From Eledone cirrhosa (lineage: Eukaryota): 64,000 nucleotides of DNA. The position numbers were made by a program, and so were the translations under genes. Below, one piece after another: positions 52,607-64,000 of this stretch; position 1 is the stretch's first letter, and each line of letters opens with the position of its first letter. The notes under the pieces are model-generated. The model was not told where the DNA came from. It searched no databases and saw nothing but the letters and a program-made list of their open reading frames with translations. The DNA is taken from positions 18,538,001 to 18,602,000 of the forward strand of contig OZ024755.1 of NCBI GenBank assembly GCA_964016885.1, in the 5' to 3' direction.

Positions 52607-54957
52607 GAATTCAACACAGAAATGAATGCACCAACAGAATTGGTGAACTTTTTCCTGTATCTGGAATATATTATTAAGATTAAGCAGAGATAAATTTTTA
52701 TCATTACTAAAAACATTTGGAAAATATTATATTCTTTGTGTTGGCACAATGACAGAAAAATATTGCATGTCTATCTAATATTAGGTGAAAAACATGAATT
52801 GTAAATCACCAACTAAAAATACATGATATTCACTAAAATGATGGAGAAGGAGAATGAGCTGGAATGAATATTGAATAATCAGGGGCCCAAGGTAAACAGC
52901 TCAATAGGTATTTTAGACCAGAGTTTCACAGCCTGAGCGATATTGCAAACAGGTGGGTGATTTCAACTGTTGGGTCGGCGATAAGCAACTGAACAGAAAA
53001 TGGTGGGAGATTGGAAATTTTGGTGGACAGTGTAGGGTTTTGAGTATTAAAAAGGTATTTCAACATATGGTACCCGACAAAAAAAAAAAAAAAAAAAAAA
53101 AAATTCAAAGAAGATATGCAAAGTACCTGTATGAAAAAAAAAAAAAAAAGAAAATAGGATGCTAAATGGGAATAATGAAACAATAACAAACTTTTACAAA
53201 ACATTTTTGGTATGTTTTTGAATATTACTGTACAGGTGGTCGGTGGAAAATTTTTCCATGAGAAAGTGGGTGGTGATGCAAAAATGGTTGGGAACCCCTG
53301 GCTTAGACAGACAAAGCTGGAAACAAGGTGATTATTTTGTATTTCTTACTTAGCATTTCGCTCTTAGCATCAAACATTTATCAAGCAAGCATTCACAGAC
53401 ATAATCTTATTTGGCAGTTTCTCTTATTTGAAATAATTAAATTATATATTCTCTGATACAATTTAGCTGTGACTTAGTAAATAAAACAGAGATGGAGGAG
53501 AAGAAATCTTATTTGAAGGAGATGATATATTTCCAGTTTAACAATACTTTTCACAATGCTCATAATAGGCCTGTGCAATAACAAAAGGTAAAGAGTTAGT
53601 TTATACCTAGCAGTTAAATATCTCCTTAGTCATAATATATTCTGTTATGATGTCGGAATGAAGCCTATTATATTTAATTAAATTATTCAATACATTCCCA
53701 GTATGAACTTTAACAAATTGAATACAATGTATAGACATATATCATCATTATTATTTAAAGTTTGTTCTCCCAATTTATTGTTGGGTTTGACACTCTTAGG
53801 CCTTCATGTCTACACAGTTGCTTTCGAAAGCTACTGAGCCTATACCACCTGCCCAGTTATACTGCACAGGGACTTAGTGTCCCACGTACTATTTGACCAC
53901 TGGGAGTGAGGCACCCTTAACTTATATCAAAGAATATCTCCCGATGTAATGGAATAGCATTTCTTAAGATCATTGCATTCTATTTTCTTTTTTCAAAGAG
54001 ACAGTAGATAATACTGTCCAGTTTTGAAATAATGTTTTTTAAATCCAGGTTAACAGTATGTCTGGTATTGAAATAATGTTTCTTTAAATCACTTCACTCT
54101 ATTTTCAAAGGAACACTAGATAACATTATGTCCAATATTGAAACTGTCTAGTTTCTTTAAATTTAACGAGTCTACTTTTATTTTCCAACAAAATGGTAGA
54201 TAATGCTAAGCAATGAGAATGAATCTGAAACCAATGCTATTGTGAAGTAAACTCCTTAACCACACAGCCATGTCTACACCTAGGTTGTGAAGTAAACTCC
54301 TTAACCACACAGCCATACCTGTACCTATACTTACACCTATGTTGTGAAGTGAACTCCTTAACCACATATCCATACCTACTAGCACTCATATGTTTACATC
54401 TTTGATATAGCAAGCAGGCAACATGAAGTTTAGTTCAACCCTCAGTAAAGATGTACATAAACATGTCTACAAATCGAAATGGTGTAGACAGACATACAGA
54501 CCACAACAACAAAGTGAGACACATAGACAGATCAATATCTATAAATTTAGTGAAATGTTTCACAGATATAAAATTCTATACGGTGTTAGAATGTAGCTTT
54601 AAGTGTATTTTCTTTGAACACTGAGTAAATATCTAGAAATAGAGAGTAAAATAAAATAACATTGAAGTGTGTGTTTGTCTGGAATCTAATGGAACACTAA
54701 TCACACATTGAGCAACGGTATCAAGGAAAGGTATGACTCAACTATAGAAGATATGTTGAGAATTTCACTGAAAGGAACATAAATATACAGACAACTGTTG
54801 CATAACACCATGGCTGGACTTCTACCTGCTGATGCCCTAACTTAGATGAAATTTGAGGCTCTTCTCTAAAAATATTTGGGTAAAAAAATGTTACATAATC
54901 ATACAGGATTATTATTTTTTATATTAATGTTAACAAAGAATGAATAATATATATATA

Positions 54958-55073
54958 TGATGATTTCTCCTGAATGAAACAGTTCTAGTCCAGTAGAAGC
55001 CATTGCTATATTAGATATTTATACTCTGCTGTGGCTACCCCCCCCCCCCCCCCCCCCGACTGAACCCGGGATA

Positions 55074-55078
<5 letters not shown>
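54958..55078 (+). mobile_element. Family D fragment starting within the HHR core
   Basis: TGATGA-tttctcctgaat-GAAAcagttctagtccaGTAgaagcc...gactgaacccggga. Confidence 0.65.
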
Positions 55079-55116
<38 letters not shown>

Positions 55117-56273
55117 TTATGATTTAGTGTTAAAGAATAAAAACTAATGATAGAATAAAAAAAAATTATTTAAAAAATGAGGCCCCCAAGGGCATGTAGC
55201 CCTAAGCTATAGCTTATTTAGCTTATAGGCAAGACCAACACTGGCTACAGTGAGGCCCCCCCGAGGGAGTGAGGCCCTAAGCTATAGCTTATAGGTAAGT
55301 CCAGCACTGCATAACATTGGCTCATGTGGCCATTAAGGTTTTCATTTAGTCCACCACCAGAATAAACCCCCACCCCCATCCCCACAATCCAGAAGACTTA
55401 TGATCAAAGACATTCAACCATTACTAACATTATATGCTTACAACTATATTTATTATTCAATGATACCTTCATTTTAAAATAAGAAAAGAGAGGAGACTGA
55501 GACAGCAAGAGAGAGGGGGAGAGAGAGAGAGTGGGGGGTAGAATCAGATGTCTGAAGAATTGGTTACAATCAGTGCACAAAAACTGATGGTAGAAAGACA
55601 CAAAGTAAAAGAAGAGATTTTCTTTCTACAATGAATCACAACATGAAGCCTGTCTGTAGATCACACAGTGACAAAGGAATAAATATGTAGTTAAAATATA
55701 TATTTAACAAACAAAGGAACTACAGCAGACAGTAAAAGAAAAAGAAAAAAAAAGGTGGGGGAGCACTAGCAATGACTTATGTCTATAACTCAGCACTGAA
55801 AATAAAACTGAAGATAAATAAGACAAAAAAGAAAAATGAACAGAAATACTATTTTGTCATTCAATCTCTTGTTTTTAGTGATTAAACTGTTGTCATACTA
55901 AAAGACTGTTTTCAAGAGTACAACCAAATACATGTCTCTTCACACCAGACAAGTTCTAGTAGACTGGTGTATATTTTATCAGTTTCTGAAGTATGAACAG
56001 CCAAGTCAACAAGAACAGATTTTAAACTAAGAAACCCAGGCAAGTTCTTGTAGACTGATGTATATTTTATCAGTTTCTGAAGTATGAACAGCTAAGTCAA
56101 TAGGAGCAGATTTTTAACTAAAACAAATTTAAGAATTTAACCAAATATTTCAAAAGTATTTTCTCTGGGCTATAAAAGGGTTGCCATCACCACCACCACC
56201 ATCATCATCATCATCACCTCCATTTAACTTCCATTTTCTATGCTAGCATGGGTTAGACGAATACTGTCATAAT

Positions 56274-56385
56274 TGTTTCTACTTTTGGCACAAGGCCAGC
56301 AATTACCCAGTACATTACTGGTACTTTATTTTATCGACCCCCGTAAGGATGAAAGGCAAAGTTAACCTCGACGGGATTTGAACTC
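56274..56385 (-). mobile_element. 5'-truncated SINE A with 13-bp TSD, nested in an RTE-tailed element
   Basis: atactgtcataat at 56261-73 and 56386-98. Confidence 0.88.
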
Positions 56386-57634
56386 ATACTGTCATAATGT
56401 TGTGAGAAAAGTTGGACTGGGTACTTTTTCATCGTGTCACCAACACGCCCATCTTACAGGCTAGATGGGGGTGCATTTTGTCATGTCACCAACACGACCA
56501 CCTTACAGGGTTGTGCTGGTGATAAAATGTAGAATTACCATGGGTTCCTCTAGTTTATTATCAAACTGTGTAAGATTAATCTTGCTTGTCTCAGTTCAGT
56601 ATTATTCAGAAGTTGGATCAAATAAATGTCTCCCTTTATATTTGTAAGACACCATAGGTGTGATTCTAAGGCAAGGGCAGAAGTGGTGATAAATGATCTG
56701 ATTAGGGTGAAGGTGGCAAAGGTGATGACAAGGGACTACAAGTCGTGAGACAAACACACGTACCTGTATATTGCTGTATTATACACACAGACACATTGAC
56801 ACCCACACAAACAAACACAAACACACCCACCCACCACATATCTATATATGCCATCTATTTATTATATAGGTAGCTACATAAACACACAGACACATCAACA
56901 GACACACACACACACACATGGACACAATCACACAGACAGACAGACAGAGACACACAGCCATCACATATATCTATATATGCCATCTATATGTTATATAGGT
57001 ACCTACATAAGAAACAGAAGGCTCAACAACCACTTTGTTGTCAAACAAAGAGAGTGAAACATGTAGAATCAGTGACTGGAAATATAAAATGTAGTGGGAA
57101 GGAAAAATAATAAATTATATCTTGGTTATATAGTACGAGGTTGTTGTACTAGTGTCACTTTCAATTACTATTCATAATTTTGGCTATATTTAGAACAGTC
57201 ATACAAGGATTGCTTTAAGTACTGGTAATAACCGTCAAATATATCTTTCTTTGCACATCAAATATGAAAGACAGGGCCAAATTTTCACCTGCTGAGGCCC
57301 CTAAGTTATATGAAATTTGGGGTTCTTCTATAAAAAAATTTAATTATTTTTTTTTTTACTATATATCTACTGAACTAGTGAAGGATTGGCCTTGAGTTAA
57401 AAAACAATATAATGAAATTCTATCAAATCTAATGAGGGAGTCTCTGTGTGGTTACTCAACCTGCTTGAAATAGCATTTAAATCAGCCCTCAAAACATAGA
57501 TTATATCCTAAAACGAAAGAATACCTGATGTTTGAATATAAGATGGTTAGCCATAACTGGAATGTCTTTGATTATGGATGGGTCTGATCAATCATGGCTG
57601 ACCTGGGGCTAAAGAACAACAGCTACCAGAAAGT

Positions 57635-57853
57635 TTAACCCTTTAGTAGTTACATTACTCTATATTTACTATTGTATTTTCATGGTAAAGGCTTTATCTC
57701 ACATAATATCGAATCTATGAAATTTCGATATTATTTATTTTCTGAACAATACCTTAACATCAGTATGAGCAACCAGTTACTGCCAGTTTGAACAGAAAGA
57801 AGTGAGAGAATTCTGGACGGATACAGCTAGTTTAAATGCTAAAAAAAGGTTAA
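57635..57853 (+). mobile_element. piggyBac-type MITE
   Basis: TTAA flanks, family sequence. Confidence 0.8.
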
Positions 57854-58474
57854 GCAAATACAAAATATGTAAAGAAAACTGATTAGAATAAAGAATAGAA
57901 AGAGAAAGAAGTCAGAAATGTCTAAGTAAGCTCCTAGCTTCTGTTGGATGTTAAAATAAATTGAAGTTTTTGTAAAAAGCAAGTAAAACTCCTGTCAAGC
58001 TGTGGCAGTAAAAACAAAGCTTGTTCAATTCCCAGTATGTATGTTACAAACTTGCCATTTCTTCATAACCTTAATTATCTTGTCAAAAAGAAACGCCTTA
58101 ACCCTTTTCTTACCATATTTCAAATGAAATACACTGCATTTGATTTAATTCATTTTTCAAATAACAGAGAATTTGTCAGATTATGCTGGTGTTTGAAATG
58201 TAACAAAATTTTCTTGCATAAAATTATGAGGGGGAAAGCTTTTTGATAGGGATCCAGCTGGATAAATTGGAGATGGTTGCTTCTGACAGGACCCACTTGA
58301 AGGTGTGTTTGAGGACTCTGCCCCATGACCCACTCGGGAATAAGTGGGCAAAAAGACGAAGGTTTTTAGATAAATATGAACACTTTAAAACAGTTTTGTA
58401 TTATAGAACCAGGGGTGATTTTAGGTGGTTTGGTACCAGAGGAGTTAAAAACAAGTGTATAAAATATAGATGTA

Positions 58475-58690
58475 GGCTGGATTGTGTGTTGTGTTCTTGA
58501 GCAAAACACTTCATTTCACGTTGTTCTATTATACTCAGCTGAAAAAGAGTTCCAGCAACAGCTGGGAGTTTAACCCTGCGATGGACTGGCATCCTGTCCA
58601 GAGGGTGGGTATTCTTGTACTCTCAGTCGCTTCATGCCACGAAACCAGGGTAAGCACCTGCCTGACAAGCTTCCAGACTTAAGACAGACT
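58475..58690 (+). mobile_element. SINE family F, 5'-truncated
   Basis: Match to 25350-25560. Confidence 0.78.
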
Positions 58691-58924
58691 TCAGACTTAG
58701 AGGAATATATCCTGAATAATAATTACTAAATATATTAAATTTTTAACTGAAAATGAAATAAACTAACTATGGCCACATCCCTGACGAGTAAATGATCGTT
58801 GATGAGCAAAATACAAATATAAATTGTATAAAAAATGTAAAAAATAATAAAGCCACTTTTAAAAACTAATTTAGATAGAGATACATTTTAAAATTATTCA
58901 AAATATAGTGAATAGAGATAATTT

Positions 58925-59380
58925 GTGCTGTCTGTGTGTGTATTTATGAATGTGTGTCAGTGTGTATGTTTATGTGTCTGTGCATGTGTGTTTTTATTTG
59001 TGTGTGTATTTATGCATGCGTGTTTCTGTGTGTGTGTTTATGTGTTTTTGTTTGTGTGTTTTCGTTTGTGTGCGTATTTATGCATGCGTGTTTCTGTGTG
59101 TGTGTTTATATGTTTTTGTTTGTGTGTGTATTTATGCATGCATGTTTCTGTGTGTGTGTTTATATGTGTTTTTGTTTGTGTGTGTATTTATGCATGCATG
59201 TTTCTGTGTGTGTGTTTATATGTGTTTTTGTTTGTGTGCGTATTTATGCATGCGTGTTTCTGTGTGTGTGTTTGTGTCTGTGCGTGTGTTTTCGTTTGTG
59301 TGCGTATTTATGCATGCATGTTTCTGTGTGTGTGTTTATGCGTCTGTGCGTGTGTGCATTTGTGTGTGCATGTGTGCATT
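58925..59380. repeat. GT-rich minisatellite (~55 bp, atttatgcatgc... unit)
   Basis: Direct reading. Confidence 0.85.
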
Positions 59381-60825
59381 GTTGCTGTTGTTTAGCCCCA
59401 GGTCAGCCACAATCAAAAACATTCCAGCTGTAACCATCCCGTTTACATTATCTCTTGTGTTCTCTTTCATTTTTTTTTTTTTTCAAAGATGGTGTGGTAT
59501 AATTTAAAGGAGATTCAGCTGCTATTTCTAACAAGTTGAGCAACCTGATACAGGCTCCTTTGCAGCTGTTGGTGACCAGTAACTGAGCAGAACTACTATG
59601 AAAAGTAAGTACTTCAACCATGGCCATCCAATCTTATTTTAAGATATTGTACATCTACGACTACATTATCCAATATGCACCCCCACCTCCCCTTTTTTTA
59701 AAAATACAGCAGCAAGATATGTTTTGAGGGAAATTTGGCTGCTATTTCTAGAAGGTGTATGTGATTGCATTATAAACTCATAGCAACCTCACATCTCACA
59801 TACTGTGTTGGTAGATAAATGTGTAAAGTAAATAGGAATATAAATTTTCAAGGCAAAAATGCAGTTGAAAGCAGAAAAGATGTGTGTGTGTAGTGAGAGT
59901 GTGTGTGTGTGTGTGTGAAAGTGTGCGTGTGTGAAAGTGAGTGCATGAGTGAGTGTGTGTGTGCGTCTGAGTATGTGTGTCTGTGGGTGTGTGTGTATGT
60001 GTACATGACTGAGAGTGTGTGATTGAGAGTGTGTGCGCGTCTGAGTATATGTGTGTGTGTGTGTGTGTATGTGAGTGTGTGTGTGTGTATGTATATGTGC
60101 GTGTGATTGAGAGTGTGTGTATGTGAGTGTGTGTGCGCGCGTCTGAGTATGTGTGTGTGTGTGAGAGTATGTGTGTCTGTGAGTGTGTGTATGTATGTGT
60201 GTATGTGTACATGACTGAGAGTGTGTGTATGTGAGTGTGTGCGCGCGCGCGTCTGAGTATGGGTGTGTGTGTGTGAGAGAGTATGCGTGTCTGTGAGTGT
60301 GTGTATGTATGTGTGCGTGCCTACCTGGTCAAGCGTTGGAGTAAGTCCATCACAATCTGGTTTTTCCTGGTTACTTGTACCCATTAAACTTATCTATCAG
60401 CTCAGCTCTTGAATGGAATAAATAACTCCACATATATATATTTAAGGGGACTGTAAGGGAATCTTTTATGCTGACCAACATGAATCACTGTAAGCATGTA
60501 TAATGCATGGAAGGTAACTGAAGGGAGGAAACAAAAAGAGAGAAAGAAAATTGTGTTTATGTGAGTGTAGGGGTAGATGTGTGTGTTTGTATGTGTGTGT
60601 GTGTGTGTGTTTTTGTATGTGTGTGGGTTTATGTGAAAATATATCAATGGTTTGCGGGGGGGGGGGTCTGTGTGTGTGGTTGTGTGTGTGTGGTTGTGTG
60701 TGTGTGGATGTGTGTGTGTGTGTGTGTGTGTATGTGTGTGGGTTTATGTGAAAATATATCAATGGTTTGCGGGGTCTGTGTGTGTGGATGTGTGGTTGTG
60801 TGTGTGTGTGTGTGTGTGTGTGTGG

Positions 60826-60857
<32 letters not shown>

Positions 60858-61403
60858 TTGTGTGAAGGGAGGATGGGGATGGGGGAATAAGAACAGGTAA
60901 AAGGATCATTCAAACAGGTAGGCTTCCTCACCTGTTTGTTATACAGTTATAAAGTTGCCTGCAAGGCTTTGTGTGTGTGTGTGTGTGTGTGATTGTATGT
61001 ATATAAGGGTGTGCGTGTGGGTGCGTGTGTGTGAGGGGAGAGGTAGTAGTGGTGATAGAGAAAGAAAGGCAAACAGAGGGGGAAGAAGAGAACTATATAT
61101 ACACATATATATATATATACATATATTTTTATATATATATATATACATATATATTTATATATACACACACATATATATATATATATATACATATATACAT
61201 ATATATTTATATATATATATATACACACATATATATACACACATATATATGTATATGTATATATATTTTTATATATATGTATATATATATATATGTAAAT
61301 ATATATATATATATACGTATATATTTATATATATTTATTTATATATATGTATATATATATATATACATATATATTTATATACATATATATTTATATATAT
61401 ATA

Positions 61404-61469
<66 letters not shown>

Positions 61470-62857
61470 TATATATATTTTTATATATATATGTATATAA
61501 GTGTGTGCGTGAGTGGTGGGGTGTTGCTTCAAGCAAACTGGTATATTGAAGAGATGAGGGGACAGTGACAGCTAGAAGGAGGAAGTAAAGGGAGAAGAAG
61601 GAGAAGTTGAATGAGGGAGAGTCGAGAGGAGGGGGGGGGGTTAAGAATGTTTGTATTTGACAGTTGTTGTTTTACAGTGTTGACTAGTAGTAGAATACAG
61701 ACAGCAGGGGATATCACCAACTATGTTAGTCAGCCATCTTAGGTACATTGTCATATAGAAATAGAACAGAACAAAATACAATAGATCTTCAATAACAAGG
61801 GCAACATTTGGCAGTCCATGATGGCCACTTGACCACTTGGTTAGGGGGCCATCATTGTGTGTGTGTGTGTGTATGTGTGTGGAGAGTATTAGACCTACAG
61901 ATCTGTTAAGTTTCTTGTGTCTGGTTTGCTCTGGACCTCCAAGACAAGGTTACCTATGAGCAGAGTGGCCAGTCTCACATAGGAACAGGCTGAGAAGGTT
62001 TCTTTGAATGGTCAGGTAGAAGTATATTACCACGTGACCTTGGTATCTTGACCCCAGTTTTAGTCTAAGGAGTTTTGAGCATCTGATATTTTCATTCTTC
62101 TGAAGAGGATATATTCCACTGTTCAAGTAGTCAATTTGATGCTAATACCCATGTAGTTGATGATGGAATGGAGACATATGGAAAGATTCCAGGATGGTGA
62201 GCAGATGTCGTAAACACACACACATAAAAAGATTCTAGGATAGTGAGCTAGTGTGGTACACATACATATACATATATGTAGGACAGGCTTATGCAGTCTC
62301 TGTCTACCAAATTACACTTAGAAGGCATTGGTCAATCCAAAGCTCCAATAGAAGATACTTGTCCAAAGTATCTCACAGAGGACTGAGCTTGGAACCACAC
62401 AACAATTCCTGTACCTGTATGGATTAAATCTATGGACTATATCTATGGAATGAATCAATGGAGAGAATTGATGGAATGAATCGATGTAGTGAATCAATGA
62501 GCTTCTTCACAAGTACCCTGAATTTCTGCAGAATGGAAAATTGGATGAATTTATTATGTCAAAAATCTACAGTTACACCCAATCAAAGCTTTAGCAATAA
62601 GTATATTGTATCATTTTTAAGTCTTTTGTTACCATATTTCTAATAAATGACAATACCTGTAATTTTCATATTATTTTGAAAAGAGACAAAAATTTGGCGG
62701 GATTTACTAATATATAGTTTCTTAACCAGAGTTGTTTCTCTTACATTATAAATATGCATGAAGTATTCATGTCAATTCTAACTCTGTCTCACCAGTTATG
62801 AATACATATGCGAGTATAAATGTATGTATGTATGTATGTATATATGTGTGTGTGTGT

Positions 62858-63148
62858 ATCATCATCATCATCATTTTACATCCGCTTTTCCCTGCTTGCA
62901 AGGGTGGGACGGGAACTGATTCTGGCTTGATTTCTACAGCTGGATGCCCTTCCTAACACCAACCTCATTTACAGTGAATGCTGGGTGCTTTTCTGCCGTG
63001 GCACCTCCACGTCCACTTTACAGTGGAATGATAGGGACCCCAGTCCTTATCATCTCATTTCTACAGCTGAGTAAACTGGAGCAATGTGAAATAAAGTGTC
63101 TTGCTCAAGGAAACAACACAAGCAGGGAAAAGCGGATGTAAAATGATG

Positions 63149-63150
<2 letters not shown>
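62858..63150 (-). mobile_element. SINE family B, 5'-truncated at 63120 and capped by an inverted copy of its own 3' tail
   Basis: 63119-63150 is the reverse complement of 62868-62898. Confidence 0.88.
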
Positions 63151-63201
<51 letters not shown>

Positions 63202-63368
63202 TATGTATGTATATATGTATTTGTGTGTCTGTTACTTTATGAATATACATGATATTAATTGAGATTCAAGTATGCATATCTTCTTGTGAATATTGAATTA
63301 CTTAGAAGCAATGTCAAGAGAAGAAATGAAATCATTGGGGTCAAGTTAGTGTTGTAGAGATGGTGGAT

Positions 63369-63415
<47 letters not shown>

Positions 63416-64000
63416 CATATATGTACATACAGATACATACATATTCACACACATGCATATACACACATATACACATACACACATACATAGACACATATGT
63501 ACATAGATACATACATGTACATACAGATACATACAGATACATGCACACATACATATACACATGGTGGCTGCCAACTCGTTTTCGAGTACGGCCACTACTT
63601 TATATCCATGTAGGAGAACCCCTACCGATGCGCTGAATGAGTGTGACTTTTTAGTCCAGCCAGCGACTTGAAAACTCTGGTACAAACACTACACTTGTGA
63701 CAATTATTGACACATAGTGCTGGGCCCATGGTACCATGTGATGACAAGTGCATAAAATCTGTCCAGCTATTCTTTTCTGAGACATTCTAACCACATGGCC
63801 ATAGTACAGGAGCTGTGATCTCTCAATTCAGAGAACTAGTGGCTCTACCTGGAGTGACTCTCTGATCTCCAAGCTATGCACTCTACTGAGTAATGTTACT
63901 CCCAAGACACTTTGGAGGAACCCCTCCTTTCAGCCACTTCTATTCGCGATTGTCTTCTTTTGGTCATTACCCAAGATTCTGTGGTATTTATTGCAGCTGT

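Overview
AT-rich, microsatellite-saturated animal DNA. The repeat landscape (tRNA-derived SINEs, RTE LINE fragments with (TGA)n tails, huge (TA)n/(CA)n tracts) suggests an octopod cephalopod; this is inference. Most of the window looks like intron of one large minus-strand gene. That gene has one clear 1539-nt symmetric phase-0 coding exon (15673-17211, Ser-rich and disordered) and a plausible upstream or alternative first exon near 43.6-44.4 kb. The rest is at least three SINE families, RTE-clade LINE fragments, piggyBac-, Tc1- and hAT-type MITEs and many minisatellites. The most notable signal is several unrelated families of small non-coding fold-back elements sitting in (TA)n tracts that carry type-I hammerhead ribozyme (HHR) motifs. 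One HHR is essentially complete (6081-6133) and others are degenerate (11108, 19888, 47995, 48561, 54958). They resemble non-autonomous Penelope-like or retrozyme-type elements. Nearly all short ORFs in the supplied track are microsatellite artefacts.
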